From positions 166,140,667-166,166,395 of the forward strand of contig JANKJI020000002.1 of the NCBI GenBank assembly GCA_024626585.2: a DNA stretch of 25,729 bases. The letters are read 5' to 3'. How positions within the stretch are numbered: the stretch's first letter is position 1; each line of letters starts with the position of its first letter. The position numbers and the translations under genes are program-made. The notes under the pieces are model-generated. The model was not told the DNA's origin. It did not search any database and saw nothing but the letters and a program-made list of their open reading frames with translations. Below, in pieces: positions 1 to 11,596 of the stretch. This stretch comes from Ginkgo biloba. Taxonomy: Eukaryota; Plantae; Ginkgophyta.

Positions 1-560
1 GATTTGTGATGGATAATCATACATTCTTTTGCCAAGTGCTTGATGGTGTGATTAAGAAACAATGCCCGTTGATCACTAATTATTTCAATTAGACAACCAA
101 ATCATATGATAACCATTTCATATAGGAATCTAGTTGTACTTCAAGTATCACAATTATGTAATGCATGTGATTCCACCCATTTGATCATGTAACCTACTGT
201 TAATAGTATGTATCATGATTGGGTTCACCATGTAATGTGGTTGATGGATCCAACAAAGTCCAGCACCCCATTTTTCAAAGTGGCATTGTACAAGAATTGG
301 AGGTAAAGGTTGATGGTGGACTATTAGTGGTTTCCCCACTCGTTGGCNNNNNNNNNNNNNNNNNNNNNNNNNNNNNNNNNNNNNNNNNGCGTTTTTAAAT
401 GGTTGGCCACCATAGTCTAGCTAGGAGCATTTTGTGTGCTTCCATCACTTCCTAAATTTCCACCTACAACTCCTTCATGGGCTTCCTATACTATAAATAG
501 TACCTTGTATCAATCACATATCTTCTTAACAGTTGATCAAGTCCCATTTATATAGCACAC
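1..560 (-). pseudogene. Retrotransposon integrase fragment (decayed Zn-binding region plus start of the DDE core)
   Basis: Reads 'FEKWG(fs)LDFVGS' at about 245-280 and 'FLYEMVII*FGCLIEIISDQRALFLNHTIKHL' at about 35-130, matching the gypsy integrase motifs FEKWGLDFVGP and FGCPxEIISDQG. 'AHEGVVGGN' lies at about 455-485. Confidence 0.88.
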
Positions 561-781
561 CATCAATTAGTTGGTATGGTTTTGCTTTCTGTGCTAAATT
601 TCTCCTCTCCTTTTTGTCTAATTCAAGGGGCATGTTTCTAGTGGAAAGATATTTTGTGANNNNNNNNNNNNNNNNNNNNNNNNNNNNNNNNNNNNNNNNN
701 NNNNNNNNNNNNNNNNNNNNNNNNNNNNNNNNNNNNNNNNNNNNNNNNNNNNNNNNNNNNNNNNNNNNNNNNNNNNNNNNN

Positions 782-1253
782 GTGCCTTAGGTTTTACTAT
801 AATAGAGAAGTTAAATTCTTGAAACAATAACCATCCGCTGATACGACCTTGTAATATTGGCTTGTTCATTAGGTATTATAGTGCTTGATGATAGACAAAG
901 AAAGTGAAGTGGTTTGCTAGTAAGTAGTGGCAAAATTCTTTACATGAATATACCATCCCAAGTCCTTCCCATTCCATAACTCCATAATTCTTTTCTACCG
1001 ATGACAGTTTTCGACTGGCGAAATAAATAGGATGATCAATAGCTTTGTCTCCTATTAGAGCTCATACACTGCTAATTGCATTTAATGATGCATCCACATG
1101 GAAGTGAAAATCCTTCGACCAATCGAGATATTTCAATATGGGTGCAATCTCTATTTTCTCTTTCAGTGTATTAAAAGCTAGCCGATGTTCCAACATCCAC
1201 TTGTATGTACAGTCCTTCTTTAGTAAACAAACCAAGGGTATCGATAAATGCAC
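782..1253 (-). pseudogene. Retrotransposon RT connection/RNase H domain
   Basis: Reads 'LAFNTLKEKIEIAPILKYLDWSKDFHFHVDAS', 'DHPIYFASRKLS..KNY..E.EGLGMVYS...F.HYLLANHFTFFVYHQAL' and 'LMNKPILQGRISGWLLFQEFNFSI'. Confidence 0.92.
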
Positions 1254-1787
1254 AAAGTTTCGAATGAATCTTCAATAATATCCAGTGAGCCCTGAAAATC
1301 ATTTTAGTTGTTTGGTTGTTAGAGGTTCCGAAAACACTAATATTAAGGCAACCTTGACAAGATCTATTAGAATTCCTTCTGTAGTGACAATATGACCTAA
1401 CAAGTTTTCGAATGGCACCATAAAATTACACTTTTCCAGATTCAAGCACAATCGACTCTCCTGACATACTTGTAACGTTTGTTTTAGGTCTACTAAGTGG
1501 TTGTTGATTAGTTAGTTCAATGTCCAATTATCCAAGAAAACTTCTACTTTGTCTCCAATTAGTTTTTTGAATATGTTTAGGTCCTTTAGGATTATTCTTT
1601 GAAAAGTAGATAGTGTGTTCATTAATCCAAATGGCATTACTCAGTATGCATACATACCCCACTCCATAACGAATGTGGTTTTCGACAAATCCTCAGGAGC
1701 AATACATACTTGATAATAGCCACTAAACCCATCGATGAATGAGAAAACTTCATGTCCAACAAATTTTTCTAACACATCTTCGATGAA
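1254..1787 (-). pseudogene. Reverse transcriptase core, copy 1 (inactive)
   Basis: Reads 'FIEDVLEKFVGHEVFSFIDGFSGYYQV...KTTFVMEWGMYAY*VMPFGLMN...TFQR'. The catalytic motif is decayed to VFLDNW (about 1525-1545). Confidence 0.93.
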
Positions 1788-1888
1788 NNNNNNNNNNNNN
1801 NNNNNNNNNNNNNNNNNNNNNNNNNNNNNNNNNNNNNNNNNNNNNNNNNNNNNNNNNNNNNNNNNNNNNNNNNNNNNNNNNNNNNNNA

Positions 1889-2700
1889 GTAACAATATGA
1901 CTTAACAAGTTTTTTAATGGTTCCATAAAATTTTACTTTTTTAGATTCAAATATAATTTGTTGTCCTTTCATACTTAGAACATTAATTTTATTTTTGATA
2001 AGTGGTTGTTTATTAGTGAATACAATGTCCAAACATTCAAGAAAACTTCTCCTTTATTTCTAACTTATTGTTTGAATATGTTTAGGATTATCCTTTGAAA
2101 AGTAGCATAGGGCATTTGTTAATCCAAATGGAATTGCTCAATATGCATGCATTACCCACTCTATAACAAATGCAGTTTTCAACTAATCCTCGTGAGCGAA
2201 ATGCAATTGATTATAACCACTAAACCCATCAGTGAATGAAAAAACTTCATGTCCAGTAACTTTCTCCAACACATCTTCGATGAATGGTAGAGGAAACAAA
2301 TCTTTCTTTGTCACTTCTTTGAGCTCCCAGGAGTCTACACATACCCTAATCTTTCTATTTTCCTTTTGTACCACCACAATTGAGCTCACCCATTCACTAT
2401 TTCCACTTCGTAGACATATATAGCATCAAGCATTATGTCGATTTCAGCCTTCACCTACTCTTTATAGTGAGGATTCAATTGATATGGTCTTTGTCTTTAT
2501 GGTATTGCTCCCTCAATAAGATCAATATGATGTTCCCCAAGTTTTGCAAGAATTCCCTTAAGATCCTTATATGACCAAGCAAATAAATCCTTGTATTCCT
2601 AAAATAGGGCAGTAGCTTGAATCACTCTTGGCGTATCCTAGCAATCTCCCATGATTATGTGACATGGCTCTTTTTCCGTACCGATATTAAATTTTCTTGT
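1889..2700 (-). pseudogene. Reverse transcriptase N-terminus and core, copy 2 (inactive)
   Basis: Reads 'EYKDLFAWSYKDLKG...HHIDL...RQRPYQLNP...SEWVSSIVVVQKENRKIRVCVD...KKDLFPLPFIEDVLEKVTGHEVFSFTDGFSGYNQ'. The catalytic motif is decayed to VFLNVW (about 2026-2046). Confidence 0.92.
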
Positions 2701-2979
2701 TTTTTAATCTTGAAAATGTATGGCCTTCTTCTCTGGCATAAGCGTGAGACCTAGTGTTTCATCGACTTGTCATTCCCCATACTCAACTTTGGAAAAACTC
2801 TCCAAATATTGGGTTAGTCCTTATGTGTTCTCTATTAGATCATTCGACAGTGTCTCCAGTTTAGGACATAATCCATATTCTAATGGAATATCATTGACCA
2901 CAGACATACAGTCACATCATATCTCTTGCAACTTCTTCGTAATGGATAACACAACTCTATGATCCTTTTCCTTACAATA

Positions 2980-3201
2980 TTAAATAAAATTATGTTTCAA
3001 CTCACCACACAATGTTTTCCTCATTACTTCTTGTTGGCAGCACCACTCGTAAAATTTGGCTAGAAGGGAGTGCGCCCAACAATGTACCCACTCATGCTTC
3101 GAAATACTGTGCTTTTGCCATAAACGTTTGCATTGCTGCAAATGTTCTTCGGCAGAAAGTTGCAAGTTAAAATTGGGCAATTGTGAATTGTGGGTCATCA
3201 A
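2980..3201 (-). pseudogene. Gag/capsid-like segment located between protease and RT
   Basis: ORF 'LPNF...AEEHLQQC...W......EWVHCWAHSL....EW....E.....CGELKHNF' fits the retrotransposon Gag pattern (LPxF..EHL..F/WxxSL..A..W...W..LK..F) by eye. Confidence 0.55.
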
Positions 3202-3829
3202 ATCATAGTTCGAACTTTTGTCTCAATATTGCACAGTGTTGAAATTTATCCTTATGAGCAAAATACCTACTGAAGGATTGTCCTTTTAAAGTGATAGGGA
3301 ATATCATTTTCCATTTTTAGCATTCCCACATATGGTTATCTATCCATATTTTAATACATCATTAGACATGCTGTGACAAATTTTGGAATGGATTAGGTAA
3401 CTTGTATGTAGGGGTTGGAAGGAACCTTTGCACTTTCAACCTTGTCATATATCTCTTAATCACTAGATATTGATAGTATATCCTCATATTCTTCTAATTG
3501 GTCTTCATCTATTTCATCATCATATATGATTATTTGTCTGTAACAACTTTGGGTTGCCAATACCTCATATGCCTCCTATAACCAATGCAGCATGTGGTCA
3601 GATGCAAAATCCTCATTATCTAAGTGTGTTACTCCTTGCCAATCCGATTCATGTGAGAAATCATTGCGAATGGTAAGAGGACTGTGAATAGCATGATAGG
3701 TTGATTCTGAATATGAACTTGTTGTGGCTACATTGGCTATGGTTGTACTTGAAGCAGTGTTTGATGGATCTGTTGTAAGTCACTATCCATTATCTTTGTT
3801 GTGCGTGGCTTGTGTGTTACCAAGGGAAT

Positions 3830-4110
3830 ACGAACTGTTCTACCATTTTCTAAACAATGTAAATGTTCGTTTGCCCCAATCCTAAATAGCTTCTGTTATG
3901 TAATGCCATTAACATCCTAGAAGTGCAGGATATGTTGTATTTGCAGCCATTTCAAACACTACAAGTCTTATTTCATTGTCACGCCTTCCACACTCACCAG
4001 TACATCCAAGATTGTTCCTAAGGGGTGAATCATGGATTTATCAGCCAAATGGATGGAGTAATTTCGCAGAATAACCTCGAGTTTCCCCATTTGCACCCAT
4101 GTGGAAGTAC
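3830..4110 (-). pseudogene. Retroviral-type aspartic protease, C-terminal part (catalytic D-S/T-G end truncated)
   Basis: Reads 'STWVQMGK....YSIHLADKSMIHPLGTILDVLVSVEGV...VFEMA...YPALLG(C*)W...A..DWGK', matching gypsy PR motifs 'LAD..P.G...DV.V' and 'YPxLLGRPW'. Confidence 0.82.
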
Positions 4111-4844
4111 AAAGCTCTTTAATAGTTATTCTTAAGTGCATATTAACAAGCACATGAGCCATGAAACTAAATATGCCCTAAAATTTACTAAGACAAAGAA
4201 ATTGGAAAGAGAAATTAAAGGACCATAAAATAAAGCCAATGTTATTTCACCAAAGTAATACATTCAAAATAGCAATTTTGAGAAAACTCCAAGTGAGAAA
4301 ATGCTAAAATTTTAACCAAAAATTTTATCTATATGGCTTCTAACATTACCTTCATCTAAATGCACATCTTGCATGCTAAAATTTATGCATATAAAATGCA
4401 ACCATATCCTCACATCTCTCTCTATTTCTCTCAATACTCACGTACATCATACATNNNNNNNNNNNNNNNNNNNNNNNNNNNNNNNNNNNNNNNNNNNNNN
4501 NNNNNNNNNNNNNNNNNNNNNNNNNNNNNNNNNNNNNNNNNNNNNNNNNNNNNNNNNNNNNNNNNNNNNNNNNNNNNNNNNNNNNNNNNNNNNNNNNNNN
4601 NNNNNNNNNNNNNNNNNNNNNNNNNNNNNNNNNNNNNNNNNNNNNNNNNNNNNNNNNNNNNNNNNNNNNNNNNNNNNNNNNNNNNNNNNNNNNNNNNNNN
4701 NNNNNNNNNNNNNNNNNNNNNNNNNNNNNNNNNNNNNNNNNNNNNNNNNNNNNNNNNNNNNNNNNNNNNNNNNNNNNNNNNNNNNNNNNNNNNNNNNNNN
4801 NNNNNNNNNNNNNNNNNNNNNNNNNNNNNNNNNNNNNNNNNNNN

Positions 4845-6360
4845 TGAGACCATCTCCAACTACCTCTTTCCTTTTTACGACTAAATCATACTTCATTAGC
4901 ACCCATTTTACACCACAGCTATCATTAGATAACTTGCAACTTGTTATTTTTCTCTTGCAACGGTGAGCACACATACATCTTATGTAGCACAAAATCTTCA
5001 AATGCCATCACATGAAGTTTGTCATCAAATTTTGTTGGATTTGACCCAAACAAAATTTTTCAAAATTTGCTATATATTTCACCCTTGCAAAATTTTGTTT
5101 CCAAATCCTTCCTCAATCGACGTTCAAGTCAAGAACCACTTCCTTCTAAGGCCTTCTTAAGTCCACGATTTTTTCCCTCATGATTTCACAAAGAATGGTC
5201 AAATTCTTTTTACGAAGGTTTGGATCAAAAGTTGCATTGTTGTTCTTATCCTTCATGTTTCTTCCTTCTAAATGTTTCTTGTTTCTATTCTTTTTCGCCA
5301 TGTTCCTAGATAAGGTGCGTGAGCTCCCTTTCATATTCTCCCCACTATCGTCAACGTCATTGCATATCTTTCTAACCTTAAGCCAATTTGGCCTTCAACT
5401 TGTTATAATTGATTTCCGCCTTTCCAGCTTCTAGTTGCAGCTCATATAACACATTTTGATATCAACTGACCTATAGGATTGATGCTTTCATTTCAAGAAT
5501 TACCTCCTCTAAGCCCTTCATAATCTTGTCCTTCTAGAACTTTAATTATACAAACATCTTGCGCTAGTCTAACTTTGAAAACCTATGCAAAAATGGATTT
5601 CTTAAGGAATTCTAATTTGCCTCGCCTTTTCATGTCGCTTCTCAAACCTAGTTTGAATCCAAACATTCTATGGAGTCTTTGGTATTCTTTTTTCCTTTTC
5701 TTAACTACTAATTGACATGCCAAGCATTTGATTATGTTGGTTGTAAACCCAACCCTTTTTGGTTGAATACATCATTCAAGTTATTTTCTAAGGAGTCGAG
5801 CAAATCCTCCAAAAATGTGATCATGTGGGTCTAAACCACTTTGTCTTCCATTGCAGCTGCAAATTATAATGCCTTATTTTGGTCTAATGCCCTAGCTATT
5901 TATAGATAGACAATCTATCTATCTTTCTTTGAGACTAATCCTTCTAATCTTTCTTATACCTTAACTTTCAAGTTAGAGTTCCCTCTAACTCCTTCTTGTA
6001 AGATGTCAAGAAATTTACATACAAATCGAGATAATATAATACATTAATCACTCAATAAAAAACATATAAACTAGTTCAATAAATATGAACAACAACTCCT
6101 TCATTCATAATAATTAATACATAAAAATTACACTTGGCTCTCACCCCCTTAAGGTTCTTTCTACAATATATTTATAGGCCAATATCCTTTTTATAAAAAC
6201 TTAGCTGGAAAAACATTCCCATTTCCATTCCTTAACTATCAAATCATGATACAATCAAAGGTTGTTCTAATTAAATATGTGTCTCATCACATTGAAATAT
6301 TCTATAATGTTCCATATGCATGGTATGATTATTCATTATAAAATGCCCCTTACATTATTT
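4845..6360 (-). mobile_element. Highly decayed gag-like region plus LTR-like sequence of a further retrotransposon
   Basis: Minus strand at 5400-5950 gives stop-riddled gag-like text ('LRKGKKN...FLHRF'), and a K/N-rich ORF lies at 5146-5334. A reverse TATA element (cctataaata) is at about 6170-6179. Confidence 0.4.
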
Positions 6361-7264
6361 GAACCTNNNNNNNNNNNNNNNNNNNNNNNNNNNNNNNNNN
6401 NNNNNNNNNNNNNNNNNNNNNNNNNNNNNNNNNNNNNNNNNNNNNNNNNNNNNNNNNNNNNNNNNNNNNNNNNNNNNNNNNNNNNNNNNNNNNNNNNNNN
6501 NNNNNNNNNNNNNNNNNNNNNNNNNNNNNNNNNNNNNNNNNNNNNNNNNNNNNNNNNNNNNNNNNNNNNNNNNNNNNNNNNNNNNNNNNNNNNNNNNNNN
6601 NNNNNNNNNNNNNNNNNNNNNNNNNNNNNNNNNNNNNNNNNNNNNNNNNNNNNNNNNNNNNNNNNNNNNNNNNNNNNNNNNNNNNNNNNNNNNNNNNNNN
6701 NNNNNNNNNNNNNNNNNNNNNNNNNNNNNNNNNNNNNNNNNNNNNNNNNNNNNNNNNNNNNNNNNNNNNNNNNNNNNNNNNNNNNNNNNNNNNNNNNNNN
6801 NNNNNNNNNNNNNNNNNNNNNNNNNNNNNNNNNNNNNNNNNNNNNNNNNNNNNNNNNNNNNNNNNNNNNNNNNNNNNNNNNNNNNNNNNNNNNNNNNNNN
6901 NNNNNNNNNNNNNNNNNNNNNNNNNNNNNNNNNNNNNNNNNNNNNNNNNNNNNNNNNNNNNNNNNNNNNNNNNNNNNNNNNNNNNNNNNNNNNNNNNNNN
7001 NNNNNNNNNNNNNNNNNNNNNNNNNNNNNNNNNNNNNNNNNNNNNNNNNNNNNNNNNNNNNNNNNNNNNNNNNNNNNNNNNNNNNNNNNNNNNNNNNNNN
7101 NNNNNNNNNNNNNNNNNNNNNNNNNNNNNNNNNNNNNNNNNNNNNNNNNNNNNNNNNNNNNNNNNNNNNNNNNNNNNNNNNNNNNNNNNNNNNNNNNNNN
7201 NNNNNNNNNNNNNNNNNNNNNNNNNNNNNNNNNNNNNNNNNNNNNNNNNNNNNNNNNNNNNNNN

Positions 7265-7415
7265 ATGTGTATGTATGTATGTATGTATATATGTAAGTAT
7301 GTATATATGTATGTGTGTGTGTGTGTGTATATGTATGTGTGTGTGTGTGTGTATGTGTGTGTGTGTGTGTGTATGTGAGAGAGAGAGAGACACTAAGATA
7401 ATATATATGTGTGTA
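7265..7415. repeat. Compound microsatellite (TATG)n/(TG)n/(GA)n
   Basis: Directly visible and abutting a long assembly gap. It explains the spurious His/Thr/Tyr ORFs. Confidence 0.97.
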
Positions 7416-10400
7416 TGACACCAAGACAAGTCTAGAAGAGTAAGGCTCAAAACACGTGACATCCTTTCAAAACTAAGCAATCCTTGGTATCTCTACGCAC
7501 TCCTTAACATACTACTTGTTTGAAAGATAAAGCAGCAAAGTTGATATGCAAGGCTTTACACTTCTTGTCTAATTGTTGTCTATAGGGGAACTCAATATCT
7601 TTGAACAGAACGCTTTATTAAGGACATTTAGACACCCTTAACTCTTGACACTTCAGAAGAGTCAGAGTAATAATGTCTATATTGGAAGACATCATATGTA
7701 CAAGAGCTACAATAGCAATTGCAATGCTACCAATAATGATAGGTGACTATATAACCTATATTAATATCTAAATTTTTTTCATCCCATCCAATAACTTGAA
7801 ATTTTCTTCTCACTAGGGAGGAATGACGCCCTATATTAGAGGGAACTTAAGTTTCTGTCTCTAAATTCCCAATTGTTTCTTGTGTAATATGCATCATACA
7901 TAAATCATTATATATATAATATGTAGACGGTTAAGTAACCATCGCGACAATTATAATATATAATGTAGGTTGGGGACCTATGTCAAAATCCTATGTTGGT
8001 GTCGGTGAGCTGCTTTGGTCGATGTGGTTGAGAGGATATTGGTGAACCGTTAATAAGGTCTATCCTAACATTCCTCAATGAGATGACTCATGTTAGTGTA
8101 GACATTTTTTATTGATCCTTCTCATGTCAGTATAGCCCTATCTTCTCCCAGTGTCATGCTACTAAGGTTTGATGTCATTGTCGACCAAATCATCTTTGTC
8201 ACTTCTCGATGAGGCAACTACTATCAATGTCGGTCACACTTTTATCGACATGTGCTAGTGAACTCTCTCTTCTTGGTGTCAGTCCTAGCCATTTTTGACG
8301 TGAATCAGATTCCTTATATAACACTTCCCCANNNNNNNNNNNNNNNNNNNNNNNNNNNNNNNNNNNNNNNNNNNNNNNNNNNNNNNNNNNNNNNNNNNNN
8401 NNNNNNNNNNNNNNNNNNNNNNNNNNNNNNNNNNNNNNNNNNNNNNNNNNNNNNNNNNNNNNNNNNNNNNNNNNNNNNNNNNNNNNNNNNNNNNNNNNNN
8501 NNNNNNNNNNNNNNNNNNNNNNNNNNNNNNNNNNNNNNNNNNNNNNNNNNNNNNNNNNNNNNNNNNNNNNNNNNNNNNNNNNNNNNNNNNNNNNNNNNNN
8601 NNNNNNNNNNNNNNNNNNNNNNNNNNNNNNNNNNNNNNNNNNNNNNNNNNNNNNNNNNNNNNNNNNNNNNNNNNNNNNNNNNNNNNNNNNNNNNNNNNNN
8701 NNNNNNNNNNNNNNNNNNNNNNNNNNNNNNNNNNNNNNNNNNNNNNNNNNNNNNNNNNNNNNNNNNNNNNNNNNNNNNNNNNNNNNNNNNNNNNNNNNNN
8801 NNNNNNNNNNNNNNNNNNNNNNNNNNNNNNNNNNNNNNNNNNNNNNNNNNNNNNNNNNNNNNNNNNNNNNNNNNNNNACAAAGGCGTTAGACAAACGCCC
8901 TTCATTCGTTAGACGAACGAATGAAGCAATAGACAAACTAATGTTTTGAAAGTTACCGAATGAAGACCCAGTTTGCTGCTTGTCGGTAATGTTATGCTTC
9001 TGGACTGTTGTACTGTCCAAATGGCTGTCAACAGTTTCACTAAGGTATCTATGAACCTTTATGATCCCTTGAACAACATTTCTTAATTAACACTTGCAAG
9101 GCACATTAGGGAAAGAGCCTTTTGGCAAGCACAACTAACATGAAAAGTCAAAATCAATTCAATTAATAATGTCAACATGTGACAATTTGCTTAAGAATTA
9201 TGAGGCATTCTTTTTTACAATGTGCATAATTGTAATAGCAAATGAATCCTTGTNNNNNNNNNNNNNNNNNNNNNNNNNNNNNNNNNNNNNNNNNNNNNNN
9301 NNNNNNNNNNNTGTCATAAGACCAAGATAATATTCTTAGGGAACTAACAAAAATATTTCTCCATGTCATATCATCATATAATTGTGGAGAAGAAAAAAAT
9401 TAAGAAGCTTTGCACTGAGAAACGCAACAACATACAAACAATGTTGAATGCAATTCATTGACATTGAAAACAATCCATAGAAGTGTAGAGACATTTCCCA
9501 GATGACTTCAATGGCCAAGTTCATTATGCATTCTATGATGTGTGAGGATGGAGATCATTTTCGTGTGCTTGTGAACACTCCTTAGCAAGCAATTCGAAAA
9601 AATTAACACAGTAGGGAATCTTAATTGCCTAATGGGGGTTTTCATAGGTTTAATGTACGATGAGAACGTCCAATAAAGAAGCCTAGGCATATGGTGTTTC
9701 CTTTAATGCAACAATGGAATTGAGCAAAATGGTGGAACCCGTATAGAATGAACACAAAGAATACAACAAATGATTATTTGAAAGTCATGGGAATAATCGA
9801 ATCATAGTGGACTTGAGAATGCAACTATAAAAGGTGATGACGTAAGGAATGAATGACAATCAAGCAAAAGAGGGCAAGGGTGACTATTATAGGGACAACT
9901 CTAAAAAAAGATGGTCAACAATGAGTTTGAGGTAAATTACAGGGACATTTGTAGGGGTGCACAATTGATTTCCATGGCTAGGGAAGATTAAATACTTGCA
10001 ACAATTCTAGATCTATTCATGGCTGAGAAACAACTCAAATGAAGTGTTTGGTTAATGGATCCATTCTTTCGTCTTCAATGACATTGGCGATAATGAGGCC
10101 GATTAGTGAGAATTGAAATGTCTCTTCATTGGTCTAAATCACAAAGTTTGCTAATTAGTAATTACATAACACCATCAATAGCAAGATGTTGATTCCCCAA
10201 CCCTCCCAAGGCTACTTTCCTTGAAAAGATTTGGATTGTCCAAAATCAAGAAAACTTGAGACATCTTTTTTTATGAATTTAACCCTTTTTTTGCAACCAC
10301 AAGTAAAACTCACAATATCTAACATCAACAACCCCCTACAAAACCACATGGAGATGTTTTATAAAAAATGCTTGATGGATAGGGACCAAATCTCCCCATG

Positions 10401-10568
10401 GTCGCAAGAACTCACTACACAAAAGACGCCTTGAAANNNNNNNNNNNNNNNNNNNNNNNNNNNNNNNNNNNNNNNNNNNNNNNNNNNNNNNNNNNNNNNN
10501 NNNNNNNNNNNNNNNNNNNNNNNNNNNNNNNNNNNNNNNNNNNNNNNNNNNNNNNNNNNNNNNNNNNG

Positions 10569-11505
10569 GGTTTACTAGGGCTAACCAAAATATTAATGAC
10601 AACAAAAAGATCCATTTTGCCATATCCACAACACAAACAAGGAAGTTCTTATTATGCATGTTTAGACACATTTTACTAACAATTTTTATTGTTTTAACAA
10701 GCAAAACAAGTTCTTTAGTCACTTTTGGACTACATATTGGGAGATGATGGAAACCAAATTTAATAGATCAACTACCTCCCATCCTTGAACAAATGAACGA
10801 ACAAATGTTGTGAACAAAACCATAATACATGCTTTGTAAATTTACAATCATAAGCATCCCAAGATTTGGAAATGAGAGTCTTCCTTATGTCTAAAATGAA
10901 TATTGCAGGGTTGTATATAACTCCATTCGAGCCGTGTTTAGGGTATTTTCCTATTACTTTCATCTATTTAAGAATTTCAAATTAGCTTTTCTCTTCTTCA
11001 TCATTTTTAGAGAAGAAGGTTCAAGTGCAAGTTGAGCATATATTCAAAAAGTTCGCATGCGAATGCAAAAGTGTTAGCAAAGGCATAGGCAAAGTACAAA
11101 GAGGAGAATGATAATCATAACACTGAGCATGTTTTTCAAGTGGGAAACAAAGTATGGTTTCGTTTTCCTCAAAAGAGTTTCAAGCACAAAGATAGGCCAA
11201 CCAATTTGATTTGACATAGGGCTTATTTGATTGTTGAGCAAATTGATGGGAATGCTTTTCATTTGGATTTACAACCATACACAGGGTTGTATCTAGTGTT
11301 TAATGTTGAAAGGCTTAAGCTTTATGTGTTGTCATTGTTGATTGAAGAGGTGAATGACCGTGTTCCAAAGCACCCAAAACATATTCAGCCAAATTTCACA
11401 GAGCCAATAAAGGATAACATAATCTTTGGATACCAAGTCAAACAAATAAGGTCATTTTTTACGGATTCTTTGTTGGTTGGAAAAAAGGGCCAATACCCAC
11501 ATTAA
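10569..11505 (+). pseudogene. Gypsy integrase core and GPY/F C-terminal module
   Basis: Reads 'KFFSHFWTTYWEMMETKFNRSTTSHP*TNERTNVVNKTIIHAL*IYNHKHPKIW' (the HPQTDGQTEVVN motif), then 'FQVGNKVW' and 'YLIVEQIDGNAFHLDLQPY..LYLVFNVERLKLY'. Confidence 0.92.
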
Positions 11506-11584
11506 GCAAGGTCAATTTCAATAGATAGATTGCAAAGGATTTTTCTCAATATCAACCAAAGCAACAAAAACCACTACCTCCTAT

Positions 11585-11596
11585 AGGGGAAAGGAA
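11585..11596 (+). other. Polypurine tract
   Basis: aggggaaaggaa lies immediately before TGATCC, about 80 nt after the integrase stop. Confidence 0.75.

Larger units (their letters stand above)
1..4110 (-). mobile_element. Degenerate Ty3/gypsy pol region (non-chromovirus, Athila/Tat-like), order PR-[Gag-like]-RT-(second RT copy)-RNase H-integrase; runs off the window start
   Basis: Minus-strand translations give PR, RT, RNase H and INT motifs in gypsy order (RT-RH-INT), with many stops and frameshifts. It may be a composite of two related elements joined at the gap 1788-1888. Confidence 0.93.

Noticed and set aside
4360-8905. Long ORFs of 140-376 aa in the ORF track (also 12911-13250 and 20881-21787)
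   Set aside because: They are open only because they run through N gaps or the TG microsatellite.
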